Positions 1-10,862 are shown, counted from the first letter of the stretch. The stretch is 14,328 bases of DNA from Nitrosomonas europaea (GCF_900167395.1 NZ_FUWK01000052.1:1-14328); one strand, 5' to 3'. Translations and numbers: made by a program. The notes: a model not told the origin generated them from the letters alone.

Positions 1-498
1 AAACTGGATCCGGCCAAGGACTACACCCAGGACAAAGACTGCGTAGGTTGTCACGTGGATGGATTTGGTCAGAAAGGGGGCTATACGATCGAATCGCCCA
101 AACCGATGCTGACGGGTGTAGGCTGTGAATCCTGCCATGGACCTGGACGTAACTTCCGGGGAGATCATCGTAAGAGCGGGCAGGCTTTTGAGAAATCGGG
201 CAAGAAAACGCCTCGCAAAGATCTGGCAAAGAAAGGACAGGACTTCCACTTTGAAGAACGCTGCAGTGCGTGCCATCTGAACTACGAAGGTTCACCGTGG
301 AAAGGAGCCAAAGCGCCTTACACCCCGTTTACACCGGAAGTGGATGCGAAATACACCTTCAAGTTTGATGAAATGGTCAAGGAAGTCAAAGCCATGCATG
401 AACATTACAAACTGGAAGGCGTATTTGAAGGAGAGCCGAAATTCAAATTCCATGATGAATTCCAGGCCAGTGCCAAACCCGCCAAAAAAGGAAAATAG
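1..498 (+). CDS. cycA: Cytochrome c554 (tetrahaem c-type cytochrome, electron acceptor of hydroxylamine oxidoreductase). C-terminal ~165 codons only; the 5' end lies outside the window.
   Basis: Frame 1 is open from nt 1 (KLDPAKDYTQDKDCVGCHVDG...), so the listed 55..498 ORF is only the first in-frame GTG. Three CxxCH haem motifs are visible (CVGCH, CESCH, CSACH). The protein is lysine-rich with a basic C-terminus (KPAKKGK). A NapC/NirT-type tetrahaem gene follows immediately, as in the hao-orf2-cycA-cycB clusters of Nitrosomonas. Stop TAG at 496-498. Confidence 0.85.
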   Translation, partial: KLDPAKDYTQDKDCVGCHVDGFGQKGGYTIESPKPMLTGVGCESCHGPGRNFRGDHRKSGQAFEKSGKKTPRKDLAKKGQDFHFEERCSACHLNYEGSPWKGAKAPYTPFTPEVDAKYTFKFDEMVKEVKAMHEHYKLEGVFEGEPKFKFHDEFQASAKPAKKGK

Positions 499-1202
499 TG
501 ATGACCAGACTGCAAAAAGGATCGATTGGTACTCTGTTGACAGGAGCACTGTTGGGTATAGTCCTGGTGGCTGTTGTCTTTGGTGGAGAAGCGGCATTAT
601 CGACCGAAGAATTCTGCACCAGCTGTCATTCCATGACTTATCCGCAAGCCGAGTTGAAGCAATCCACCCACTATGGTGCGCTGGGTGTTAACCCGGGATG
701 CAAGGACTGTCATATTCCTCAGGGAATAGAGAATTTCCATCTTGCGGTAGCGACACACGCGATAGATGGTGCCAGAGAACTGTATCTGGAGCTGGTCAAC
801 GACTACTCCACCCTGGAGAAGTTTAATGAAAGAAGACTGGAGATGGCTCATGATGCGAGAATGAATCTCAAGAAATGGGACAGCATCACTTGCCGCACCT
901 GTCATAAGAAGCCGGCACCTCCTGGAGAGAGTGCTCAGGCTGAACATAAAAAGATGGAAACAGAAGGGGCGACCTGTATAGATTGTCATCAGAATCTGGT
1001 GCATGAAGAAGTTCCGATGACGGATTTGAATGCAAGTATTGCTCAAGGCAAGCTGGTATTGAAACCGGAAGATGATGGGGATGATGAAGAAGCTGATGAG
1101 GACGAAGATGAAGAAACCGAAGAAGCTGACGACAGCAGCGACAGCGAATCCGCTTCCTCCAGTGACAACAGCGACAACGAAGACGATAACAACGATGAGT
1201 AA
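498..1202 (+). CDS. cycB: Membrane-anchored tetrahaem cytochrome cM552 (NapC/NirT/TorC family quinone-reducing cytochrome) with an acidic low-complexity C-terminal tail.
   Basis: There is one N-terminal hydrophobic helix (IGTLLTGALLGIVLVAVVFGG). Four CxxCH motifs are present (CTSCH, CKDCH, CRTCH, CIDCH) with NapC-like spacing. The gene sits directly after cycA. The GTG at 498 overlaps the cycA TAG by 1 nt. The ATG at 501 is the more likely start, since AAGGAA at 488-493 lies 7 nt upstream of it. Stop TAA at 1200-1202. Confidence 0.85.
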   Translation: MMTRLQKGSIGTLLTGALLGIVLVAVVFGGEAALSTEEFCTSCHSMTYPQAELKQSTHYGALGVNPGCKDCHIPQGIENFHLAVATHAIDGARELYLELVNDYSTLEKFNERRLEMAHDARMNLKKWDSITCRTCHKKPAPPGESAQAEHKKMETEGATCIDCHQNLVHEEVPMTDLNASIAQGKLVLKPEDDGDDEEADEDEDEETEEADDSSDSESASSSDNSDNEDDNNDE

Positions 1203-1247
1203 GTAAGTTGCAATGTAGTAGCTATTGCTTGCTTGATGTACACTGAG

Positions 1248-1290
1248 ACCCGCGGAGGTTCTATTTTTAGGCTTCGCGGGTTTTATATTA
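1248..1290 (+). terminator. Rho-independent terminator downstream of cycB.
   Basis: A 10-bp stem forms between ACCCGCGGAG (1248-1257) and CTTCGCGGGT (1272-1281), with one G-U pair and a 14-nt loop. The stem runs straight into TTTTATATT. Confidence 0.6.
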
Positions 1291-1512
1291 GTATGGCGGC
1301 TAGTAAAAAATTCAATTTGGGGTAACCAATTCCGTAAATAGTATTTAGGTTATTTGTAAGCAAATCATAGCTGTTACTGGTCGATATACTGATTTATAGC
1401 GACCGGCACATGAGTATGTAAGGTTAGATTGAGTATTTTGCTGTTTAAATCTATAACCAGCTTCCGTATATCTATGTTTGTTTAAGATTTGTTCAAGTTG
1501 TGGGGTAAATAA

Positions 1513-3420
1513 GTGACAGTTGTTCGTTTGCCGGATGGTACAGACAGGGTGTTTGATAATTCCGTAACTGTGAGGGAGGTTGCTGAATCTATCAGCCCAG
1601 GATTAGCACGTGCTGCACTGGCTGGCAAGTTAAACGGCAAGCTGGTGGATCTGTCAGAACAGATAGAGACAGACAGCGATTTGGTGCTGATAACAGATAA
1701 GGATTCTGAGGGTCTGGAGATCATTCGTCATTCTTGTGCGCATCTATTGGCACATGCTGTTAAGGAATTATTTCCGGGAACACAAGTTACTATCGGGCCA
1801 GTCATCGAGAATGGATTTTATTATGATTTTTCTTATGAGCGGCCATTTACACCTGAAGATCTGGTAGCTATAGAAAAAAGAATGCAAGAGATTAGCAAGA
1901 GAGCATTGAAAATTGAGCGAAAAGTATGGGATCGATCCAGGGCAATTAATTTTTTTAAAGATATTGGAGAACACTATAAAGCTCAGATAATTGAATCGAT
2001 TCCAGATAACGAGCCTGTTTCCTTGTATTCACAAGGTGATTTCACGGATTTATGTCGTGGGCCGCATGTGCCCTATACATCAAAAATCAAAGTCTTTAAG
2101 CTGATGAAGATAGCGGGCGCTTATTGGCGTGGAGACTCCAAAAATGAGATGCTGCAAAGGATATATGGAACAGCGTGGGTAAGTAATGAAGAGCAGAATA
2201 ATTATCTGCGGTGTCTGGAGGAAGCCGAGAAACGTGATCACCGCAAACTTGGTAAGCAGCTGGATCTTTTTCATACACAAGAAGAGGCTCCTGGAATGGT
2301 TTATTGGCATCCTAAGGGATGGGTTGTCTGGCAGCAGATTGAACAATATATGCGCCAGACTCTTGCCGGGAACGGGTATGTGGAAATTCGTACTCCTCAA
2401 GTGTTGGATAGATCTTTGTGGGAGAGCTCTGGTCACTGGGAAAATTTTCGTGAAAATATGTTTATCACGGAATCAGAGAATCGACATTATGCTATTAAAC
2501 CGATGAATTGTCCGGGTCATGTTCAGGTGTTCAATCATGGATTGAGAAGTTACCGTGATTTGCCACTTCGACTGGCAGAGTTTGGTTCTTGTCATCGGAA
2601 TGAAGCATCTGGAGCTTTACATGGTCTTATGCGTGTCCGTTCATTCACACAAGATGATGCTCATATTTTTTGTACAGAGGATCAGATTCTGGGAGAAGTA
2701 ACAAAATTTATAGATCTGCTGAATCAGGTGTATATAAATTTCGGTTTCAGTGAAACGCTGATAAAGCTTTCAACACGTCCACTCAAAAGAGTCGGAACGG
2801 AAGATCAATGGGATAAAGCCGAGACTGCTCTGGCAACCGCTTTGAATCAGAAAGAGTTGAATTGGGAGGTACAACCAGGCGAAGGAGCTTTTTACGGCCC
2901 AAAGATCGAATTTACATTGAAGGATAGTCTTGGACGCAAGTGGCAATGTGGCACTTTGCAACTGGATTTTTCTATGCCAGCAAGGCTTGGTGCAGGGTAT
3001 ATTGCAGAAGACAATACAAGAAAGATCCCTGTAATGTTGCATAGAGCCATTCTGGGATCTATGGAGCGTTTCATCGGTATTCTCATTGAGCATCACGCAG
3101 GTGCTCTACCTTTATGGCTTTCTCCAGAGCAAGTTATCATACTGAATATTTCAAGAAATCAAGCTGAATATGCTCAGTTGATTACAGATGAACTCAAGCA
3201 AAGTGGTATACGTGCCAGCTCAGACTTGAGAAATGAGAAAATAAGCTATAAAATTCGCGAGCATAGCATGCAGAAAATTCCTTATTTGATGGTAGTCGGG
3301 GATAAGGAAATGGAAAACAGGACAGTTACCGTACGAGGGCGAGCAGGTCAGGATTACGGAGCGATGTCTGTTGAAAGTTTCGTTGTTCGTGCTCAGGAAG
3401 AAATAGCTAAAAGATTATAA
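1513..3420 (+). CDS. thrS: Threonyl-tRNA synthetase.
   Basis: The 635-aa product has an N-terminus ([20 protein letters not shown]...) that is colinear with E. coli ThrRS (MPVITLPDGS...). It has the TGS and editing regions, class II motifs (e.g. [22 protein letters not shown]) and a C-terminal anticodon-binding domain. GTG start. The conserved thrS-infC-rpmI-rplT-pheST order follows. Confidence 0.95.
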   Translation: MTVVRLPDGTDRVFDNSVTVREVAESISPGLARAALAGKLNGKLVDLSEQIETDSDLVLITDKDSEGLEIIRHSCAHLLAHAVKELFPGTQVTIGPVIENGFYYDFSYERPFTPEDLVAIEKRMQEISKRALKIERKVWDRSRAINFFKDIGEHYKAQIIESIPDNEPVSLYSQGDFTDLCRGPHVPYTSKIKVFKLMKIAGAYWRGDSKNEMLQRIYGTAWVSNEEQNNYLRCLEEAEKRDHRKLGKQLDLFHTQEEAPGMVYWHPKGWVVWQQIEQYMRQTLAGNGYVEIRTPQVLDRSLWESSGHWENFRENMFITESENRHYAIKPMNCPGHVQVFNHGLRSYRDLPLRLAEFGSCHRNEASGALHGLMRVRSFTQDDAHIFCTEDQILGEVTKFIDLLNQVYINFGFSETLIKLSTRPLKRVGTEDQWDKAETALATALNQKELNWEVQPGEGAFYGPKIEFTLKDSLGRKWQCGTLQLDFSMPARLGAGYIAEDNTRKIPVMLHRAILGSMERFIGILIEHHAGALPLWLSPEQVIILNISRNQAEYAQLITDELKQSGIRASSDLRNEKISYKIREHSMQKIPYLMVVGDKEMENRTVTVRGRAGQDYGAMSVESFVVRAQEEIAKRL

Positions 3421-3455
3421 TAATTGATTTTAATGAATTTGCGGAGGAGGGTACC

Positions 3456-4040
3456 ATAGCTCAAGAAAAGACTGTAAAGGTTAATGACGAGATCTCGGCA
3501 TCACAGATCAGGTTAATTGGTATTGATGGTGAGCAGGCTGGGATTGTGTCGATAGCTGAAGCAAAAGAAATGGCTGAGGAAGCGGGTGTAGATCTCGTGG
3601 AGATAGCACCCGGAGCGGAGCCGCCAGTTTGCAGACTGATGGATTACGGTAAATATCTTTATCAGGAAAGCAAAAAAAAGCATGATGCCAAGCTGAGACA
3701 AAAACAAATACAAGTCAAAGAGATCAAGTTTAGACCCAATACAGATGAGGGTGACTACGGTATCAAGCTACGAAATCTGATTCATTTCTTAAATGATGGC
3801 GACAAAGTAAAGATTACACTCCGTTTTCGGGGCAGGGAGATGGCACATCAGGAATTTGGTGTCAGATTGCTGGAAAGAGTGCGGGGGGACCTTGCTGACC
3901 ATGCTGTGGTGGAACAATTCCCAAAATTAGAGGGGAGGCAAATGGTAATGGTTTTATCTCCCAAAAAGAAAGAAGTTAAGGTAGGTAAATCTGCTAAACA
4001 GTCTGAAACTGATGCAAAAAGTGAGGCTATAACTCAGTAG
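3456..4040 (+). CDS. infC: Translation initiation factor IF-3, with a proposed non-canonical ATA start codon.
   Basis: The track ORF (3546..4040, GTG) lacks the conserved IF-3 N-terminus. The same frame is open upstream and encodes (I/M)[30 protein letters not shown], which aligns to E. coli IF-3 ...[23 protein letters not shown]. A strong SD, GGAGGAGG (3443-3450), sits 5 nt before ATA at 3456. There is no ATG, GTG or TTG between the thrS stop and 3546. E. coli infC famously starts at AUU. Confidence 0.85.
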   Translation: MAQEKTVKVNDEISASQIRLIGIDGEQAGIVSIAEAKEMAEEAGVDLVEIAPGAEPPVCRLMDYGKYLYQESKKKHDAKLRQKQIQVKEIKFRPNTDEGDYGIKLRNLIHFLNDGDKVKITLRFRGREMAHQEFGVRLLERVRGDLADHAVVEQFPKLEGRQMVMVLSPKKKEVKVGKSAKQSETDAKSEAITQ

Positions 4041-4164
4041 CAGTGTTTTTATTGTTTTGGTACAAGATTGTTTGCAATGTTGTTTGTTTATTACGAGTGA
4101 TATCAGGGTCCCAAAAGTTTTCTGATCTGAAACACCTTGATTCATATTAAAAGAGGAAAAATTT

Positions 4165-4362
4165 ATGCCTAAGATGAAAACGAAAAAGAGTGCTGCTAAG
4201 CGCTTTAAAGTAAGGGCGGGGGGAAGTATAAAACGTTCACAAGCCTTCAAGCGCCATATTCTTACCAAGAAAACAACCAAAAATAAGCGGCAGTTAAGAG
4301 GTGTAGCTGCTGTTCATGCAAGTGACATGGTATCTGTACGTGTGATGTTGCCTTACGCCTGA
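4165..4362 (+). CDS. rpmI: 50S ribosomal protein L35.
   Basis: 65-aa, very basic product ([24 protein letters not shown]...). SD AAGAGGA lies upstream. Canonical position between infC and rplT. Confidence 0.95.
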   Translation: MPKMKTKKSAAKRFKVRAGGSIKRSQAFKRHILTKKTTKNKRQLRGVAAVHASDMVSVRVMLPYA

Positions 4363-4373
4363 GGAGATAGATA

Positions 4374-4733
4374 ATGCCAAGAGTAAAGCGTGGTGTAACG
4401 GCAAAGGCCCGCCATAAAAAGATTCTTAAGCTGGCGAAGGGGTATCGCGGTAGACGAAAAAATGTATACCGTATTGCAAAACAGGCTGTAATGAAGGCTG
4501 GACAATATGCATATCGTGATCGTCGTCAAAGAAAACGACAGTTTCGGACTTTATGGATTGCGCGTATCAACGCAGCAGCACGTGAGTTGGGAATGACTTA
4601 CAGTACATTTATGAACGGTATCAGAAAGGCAGGTATTAGTCTTGACAGGAAAATACTGGCTGATTTGGCTGTATTTGATAAAGTTGCCTTTGAGAAAATA
4701 ACTAACCAGGTAAAAGCCGGGTTGGCAAATTAA
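4374..4733 (+). CDS. rplT: 50S ribosomal protein L20.
   Basis: 119-aa product ([30 protein letters not shown]...) typical of L20. SD GAGGAG lies upstream. The start is 11 nt after the rpmI stop. Confidence 0.95.
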   Translation: MPRVKRGVTAKARHKKILKLAKGYRGRRKNVYRIAKQAVMKAGQYAYRDRRQRKRQFRTLWIARINAAARELGMTYSTFMNGIRKAGISLDRKILADLAVFDKVAFEKITNQVKAGLAN

Positions 4734-4760
4734 AAAGTAGTTGGTGTACAAGTTTACCAA

Positions 4761-4797
4761 GGGAGGTCAGCAATTATTGGCTCGACCTCCCTTTTTT
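4761..4797 (+). terminator. Strong rho-independent terminator after rplT, ending 4 nt before the first pheS ATG.
   Basis: GGGAGGTC (4761-4768) pairs with GACCTCCC (4784-4791). The stem can extend through AGC/GCT with one bulged G. TTTTTT follows immediately (4792-4797). Confidence 0.75.
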
Positions 4798-4801
4798 ATG
4801 A

Positions 4802-5839
<1,038 letters not shown>

Positions 5840-5857
5840 TATACGAAACTTGCAGTT

Positions 5858-8224
5858 ATGAAATTTTCCGGGAACTGGCTTCGAAAGTTGGTTGATCTCC
5901 AGTATTCTGATGAGGAGTTGGCGCACAAATTAACGATGGCAGGATTGGAGGTGGAAAGCGTAGCTCCTGTTGCCCCGTTTTTCGATAAGGTAGTCGTTGC
6001 ACAAGTAGTTTCTGTTCAAAAGCATGCTAATGCTGACCGGCTTAATGTATGCAAGGTTGATGTGGGGACTCAGTCAGACGGGTTTTTGCAAATCGTTTGC
6101 GGAGCACAAAACGTAAAAGAAGGTATGAAAACCGTGTGCGCTCTGGTGGGAGCCCGGCTGCCTGAGTTGGATATACGGCAGGGTAAAATACGCGGTGTAG
6201 AATCCTTAGGTATGTTGTGCTCTGCCAAGGAACTCGGATTGGCAAGTGATGCCGATGGGTTACTTGAGCTTCCGGGTGATACGCCTGTGGGAGTAGATTT
6301 CAGAAAATACTACTCGCTTGATGATTGTATTTTTACTTTGAAGCTGACACCTAACCGGGCCGACTGCTTGGGTATGTTTGGTATTGCGCGTGAGGTTGCT
6401 GCAATCACCGCTAGTGAGCTTGATTTGCCGGAAATTGTATTTGTTAATCCGGTAATTGAAGATGTATTACAAATCCGGGTAGAGGAACCTGAATCCTGTC
6501 CACTTTACTGTGGCCGGGTCATCAAGGGTGTAGCAACAGATACTGCCATTCCTCTATGGATGAGTCAGCGTCTGGAGCGTGCCGGCTTGCGCATGATTAA
6601 TCCGGTGGTTGATATTATCAACTATGCTATGCTGGAAACAGGCCAGCCAATGCATGCCTTTGATCTTAATCAGATAAACCAGGAGATTTGTGTACGTTTT
6701 GCTGGTGAGAATGAGCACTTGCTGCTACTGAATGGCGAGAGGCTAACTTTACAGAAAGATATGTTGGTTATAGCTGACAGCAGTAAACCATTGGCGTTGG
6801 CCGGTATCATGGGCGGCAGTGAAAGTGGGGTGACAAATACTACAATAGATGTTTTTCTTGAAAGTGCTTTCTTTTCACCCGTTGTGATCAGCGGAAAGTC
6901 ATTTAAGTTGGGTTTTACCTCGGATTCTGCACATCGATTCGAGCGAGGTGTGGATTTTTCCATGACACGTAGTGTGCTTGAACGAGCTACGGCACTGATC
7001 CTGGAGATATGCGGAGGTAAAGCGGGGCCGGTTACAGAAATCGGGAATGATCTACCGCGGCGAGAAGCAGTCAGGGTGCGTCAAAAGCGTATTGCAAAGA
7101 TCTTGGGAGTAGATTTCAGTGTTGAACTGATATCGGAGTATTTTCAGCGTTTGCAATTTAGTTACACTATCGCGGGTGAGATGTTTTATGTCGTACCACC
7201 TGCAGCGCGCTTTGACCTGGTGATCGAAGAAGATTTCATTGAAGAAATTGCGCGGGTGCACGGGTATGATCTGATTCCTGCCCGGTTGCCCAAAGCACCG
7301 GTGCATATGCTGGCAGAACCAGAAACGGGTGTATCACCAGTTAAACGATTGCGTCAGATTCTGACTGCGAAAGATTATCAGGAAGTTATAAATTACACGT
7401 TTGTCGATACTCAATGGGAAGCAGATTTTTCTGGAAATGACATACCAATCAGATTAAAGAATCCAATTGCCAGTCATATGGATGTAATGCGTAGCAGTCT
7501 TTTTGGCGGATTGATCGATAATCTGCAATTCAATCTGAACCGCAAGCAAAGCAGAGTCAGAATTTTTGAGTTAGGCTCGTGTTTCAGTAAAGAGGGCGAT
7601 GAGGAAAAAGAGGTAGAAAATCTGGCGGCTCTTTGCTCAGGAAGTGCATATCCGGAGCAATGGGGTGTGCCGGATCGGGATATCGATTTTTATGATGTAA
7701 AAATGGACATTGAGTCTTTATTCTGGCCGAGAAGCGTTTATTTTGAGCTTGCGCTACATCCGGCGTTACACCCGGGTAAATCAGCCAGAATCTTGATAGA
7801 CAAGAAGCCGGTTGGTTGGATAGGAGAACTTCATCCTCGTTGGCAGAGCAAGTATCATTTATCTCAATCTGCCATACTGTTTGAATTACGAACGGAAGCG
7901 TTGGCTGCTGAGTTATTGCCAGCCATGTATCCGCTTTCGAAATTTCCACCGGTAAGGCGCGACATTGCGGTTGTCGTGGAAAGTGATGTAAGTGTAGCCA
8001 GTTTGCTGGAGACAATGCATCTGGAAAAAGACCGCAGCATTAGTGAGATATCTTTATTTGATTTATATAGTGGTGAAAAATTAGTGCAAGGGAAAAAGAG
8101 TCTTGCTTTCCGTATTTTATTGCAAGATAGCGAAAAAACCCTTACAGATCAGGAAATCGATCGGGCAGTCAGTCAGTTGGTCGGTATTCTTGAACGAAAA
8201 TTTGGTGCAACGCTACGTAGCTAA
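5858..8224 (+). CDS. pheT: Phenylalanyl-tRNA synthetase beta subunit.
   Basis: The 788-aa product has an N-terminal tRNA-binding (EMAP/OB) domain ([14 protein letters not shown]...), B3/4 and B5 regions, and a C-terminal FDX-ACB domain ([21 protein letters not shown]). It starts 18 nt after pheS. Confidence 0.95.
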
Positions 8225-8274
8225 TTAGTGTTGGTTCAGGGCAATTACTCTATTTTCTATCTTAAGGGTGGATT

Positions 8275-8583
8275 ATGGCTTTAACCAAAGCAGAGCTTAC
8301 TGACTTGTTATTCGAGAATATCGGATTGAATAAGCGTGAAGCAAAAGAGATTGTAGAGTGTTTTTACGAGGAAATGCGGGCAGCACTTCAGAATGGTGAT
8401 GGTGTAAAGCTTTCAGGTTTTGGTAATTTTCAGCTGAGAACAAAGCCACAACGTCCGGGGCGGAATCCCAAAACTGGTGAGGAAATTCCGATTTCGGCAC
8501 GAAGAGTGGTTACTTTTCACGCAAGCCAGAAGCTTAAATCTATGGTGGAAGCTAACTATCGTGGAGAATCAGGCACAAATTAA
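8275..8583 (+). CDS. ihfA: Integration host factor alpha subunit.
   Basis: The 102-aa HU/IHF-fold product ([28 protein letters not shown]...[34 protein letters not shown]) has SD AAGGGTGGA upstream. Conserved position after pheT. Confidence 0.93.
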   Translation: MALTKAELTDLLFENIGLNKREAKEIVECFYEEMRAALQNGDGVKLSGFGNFQLRTKPQRPGRNPKTGEEIPISARRVVTFHASQKLKSMVEANYRGESGTN

Positions 8584-8953
8584 TGTATTGCCTCCCATAC
8601 CGGTAAAGAGATATTTCACAATCGGAGAGGTGAGTGAATTATGTGGCGTTAAGCCACATGTTTTGCGTTACTGGGAGCAGGAGTTTACCCAACTGAGATC
8701 AATCAGGCGTCATGGAAACCGGCGTTACTATCAGCACCAGGAGGTAATACTCATCAGACGGATACGTGAGTTATTGTACGACTATGGTTTTACCATAAAC
8801 GGAGCACGCAATCACCTGGTATTAGGGTTGCAGAATCAGGTTAAAAATAATGTAGTAGGTGGTCAATCTTGTCAGTCCGGTTCAGATTTCAGTCTGGCCG
8901 GATTAAAAAGAGAAATTGAGCAAGTCATATCGTTTCTTCAGGTAAGTGAGTAA
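8561..8953 (+). CDS. MerR-family transcriptional regulator of the small, ihfA-adjacent type; effector unknown.
   Basis: An N-terminal winged HTH is present ([25 protein letters not shown]...[24 protein letters not shown]). The track start at 8477 would overlap ihfA by 107 nt and add non-conserved sequence. The plausible starts are GTG 8561 (23-nt overlap with ihfA) or TTG 8588. Stop TAA at 8951-8953. Confidence 0.72.
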   Translation: MENQAQINVLPPIPVKRYFTIGEVSELCGVKPHVLRYWEQEFTQLRSIRRHGNRRYYQHQEVILIRRIRELLYDYGFTINGARNHLVLGLQNQVKNNVVGGQSCQSGSDFSLAGLKREIEQVISFLQVSE

Positions 8954-9064
8954 GTGAGGCGACAGAGTAAAAGCACACATTTTTCTGATTAACGAGCGTT
9001 AATCCGGGATTGTTCAATATATGAGTATTATTGGTACAAGGCTGGTAATTGCTTGGTGCAGTTT

Positions 9065-9073
9065 TGTTATAAT
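9065..9073 (+). promoter_or_regulatory. Candidate extended -10 promoter (TGtTATAAT) for tRNA-Pro.
   Basis: TG at 9065-9066 plus a perfect TATAAT at 9068-9073 lie 15 nt upstream of the mature tRNA 5' end. No good -35 hexamer sits at 17-bp spacing, which fits an extended -10 type promoter. Confidence 0.4.
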
Positions 9074-9087
9074 CAAAGTAAAAGAAA

Positions 9088-9164
<77 letters not shown>

Positions 9165-9335
9165 GTTTTTAAAAAGTCATTTGTCTTTCAAGTTTTAGAT
9201 TAAATCTGGAAAGAATTTAATTATCTCTAATCTTTGGCGACTGTGTATTTATTCTTACCATAAACGATTTGATCGTTTTAAGGTGGGCTTTCACGGTAGT
9301 TGGCCACATTACTCAACTTTCGGGGATGTATTTGA

Positions 9336-10079
9336 ATGCGCATTTTGCTCAGTAATGATGATGGGTATTTTGCGCCAGGTATTGCCAATCTCGCAAAAGT
9401 GCTCCTTGAGATTGCAGATGTGACGGTTGTTGCGCCAGAGCGTGATCGTAGCGGGGCAAGCAATTCGCTTACGCTGGATCGTCCGCTCAGCTTGCATAAG
9501 TCACATAATGGTTTTTATTACGTAAATGGTACACCGACAGATTGTGTCCATCTCGCTGTAACCGGCATGCTGGATGAATTGCCGGATATGGTGATCTCAG
9601 GGATCAACGATGGCGCTAATATGGGGGATGATACGGTTTATTCAGGGACTGTAGCAGCTGCAACCGAGGGCTTTCTGTTAGGATTGCCTTCAATTGCTGT
9701 ATCCCTGGTGAGTATGTCGCGCGGCAATTTTCCAACAGCAGCCAGGATCGTTGTTGATCTTGTCAAGCGGTTCACAGAAAACAGATTCCATATTCCGATT
9801 CTGCTCAATGTGAATGTCCCGGATGTGCCGTACGATGAGTTGCAGGGAGTGGAAGTTACGCGGTTAGGTCGTCGTCATAAAGCGGAATCTGTGATTAAAT
9901 ATCAAACTCCTCGAGGAGAGACAGTATATTGGGTGGGTGCCGCAGGTGCAGCCCAGGATGCAGGTGAGGGAACTGATTTCTTTGCTCTTCAAAATAACCG
10001 GGTATCAATAACACCACTACAAATAGATCTGACACGTTACGACCAGATTGGTTATGTCAAGAACTGGCTTACACTTTAG
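9336..10079 (+). CDS. surE: 5'/3'-nucleotidase SurE (stationary-phase survival protein).
   Basis: The 247-aa product has the hallmark N-terminus [16 protein letters not shown] and the blocks GTPTDCV and [22 protein letters not shown]. The conserved surE-pcm-nlpD order follows. Confidence 0.93.
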   Translation: MRILLSNDDGYFAPGIANLAKVLLEIADVTVVAPERDRSGASNSLTLDRPLSLHKSHNGFYYVNGTPTDCVHLAVTGMLDELPDMVISGINDGANMGDDTVYSGTVAAATEGFLLGLPSIAVSLVSMSRGNFPTAARIVVDLVKRFTENRFHIPILLNVNVPDVPYDELQGVEVTRLGRRHKAESVIKYQTPRGETVYWVGAAGAAQDAGEGTDFFALQNNRVSITPLQIDLTRYDQIGYVKNWLTL

Positions 10080-10193
10080 TAATCCCCCGGCGCTAACTGA
10101 CAAGTTTATTCGCTGGTAATAAAGTCGAGGTTTGTTGAGGTTGTTCGCTCTCGTTATTTCATTAGTGTTAGGTAGAAATAGGAGAATTGGTAC

Positions 10194-10862
10194 GTGAGTG
10201 TACGCCATTCTGGTATCGGCATGACATCGCTGCGGACGCGGGTTCGTATGGTCGAACGCTTGCGGGAACAGGGTATTAAAGATGAAGTGGTATTGGCAGC
10301 AATGGGTTTTATCCCGCGCCATCTTTTTGTTGAGGCAGCCTTGGCATCTCGGGCATATGAAGATGTTGCGTTACCGATCAATTACGGACAAACCATCTCC
10401 AGTCCCTGGATTGTCGGCCGTATGACTGAATTGCTGCGAAATGGTGGCAGTAATTCACTTAGAAAAATCCTGGAAATTGGTACAGGGTGTGGTTATCAGA
10501 CTGCAGTTCTGGCAAAAATAGCAAGTGAAGTCTACTCGATTGAGCGGATAGGTCCTTTGTTGACACGTACACGTATTCGATTACGTGAATTGGGTATTCT
10601 CAATATTCATCTGAAGCATGCTGATGGTATGCGGGGCTTACCGGAAGCAGGGCTGTTCGATGGAATTATGATGACAGCAGTTATACCGGAAATACCGGAG
10701 ACACTTCTGGAACAATTGGCTATGGGTGGCAGAATGGTATTCCCAAAGGGAAACAGGAAGCAATATCTTTGTGTGATCGATCACACGACCGAAGGTTTTG
10801 TTGAAACTATCTTGGATGAGGTGATGTTTGTACCGATACTTCCCGGAACTATCAATAGATAG
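10194..10862 (+). CDS. pcm: Protein-L-isoaspartate O-methyltransferase.
   Basis: The 222-aa product has the [16 protein letters not shown] motif and the SAM-binding block [19 protein letters not shown] start with GGAG 9 nt upstream. An in-frame ATG at 10221 is an alternative start. Confidence 0.9.
   Translation: MSVRHSGIGMTSLRTRVRMVERLREQGIKDEVVLAAMGFIPRHLFVEAALASRAYEDVALPINYGQTISSPWIVGRMTELLRNGGSNSLRKILEIGTGCGYQTAVLAKIASEVYSIERIGPLLTRTRIRLRELGILNIHLKHADGMRGLPEAGLFDGIMMTAVIPEIPETLLEQLAMGGRMVFPKGNRKQYLCVIDHTTEGFVETILDEVMFVPILPGTINR

Noticed and set aside
292-1243. Minus-strand and alternate-frame ORFs overlapping cycA and cycB (292..597, 344..691, 597..1046, 1043..1243). The last is a Ser/Leu-rich product antisense to the acidic tail.
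   Set aside because: They are shadow ORFs of two clearly recognisable haem-protein genes. Their products are low-complexity or have no motifs, and they have no RBS. The Ser/Leu-rich peptide is just the complement of the GAn/GAy repeat codons.
1291-1512. Possible ThrRS autoregulatory operator (tRNA-Thr anticodon-arm mimic) in the 310-nt thrS leader. Candidates are the hairpin GGTCG-A-TATA / TATA-G-CGACC at 1379-1405 and ATTTG-taag-CAAAT at 1351-1364.
   Set aside because: Neither loop presents a CU-NGU-AA anticodon-like heptaloop. The E. coli operator is lineage-restricted, and by eye I cannot distinguish these small AT-rich stems from chance.
8477-8560. The upstream ATG at 8477 as start of the MerR-family gene (158-aa version in the ORF track).
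   Set aside because: It would overlap ihfA by 107 nt in another frame. It would also add ~28 residues ([28 protein letters not shown]) with no resemblance to MerR N-termini, which begin a few residues before the HTH.
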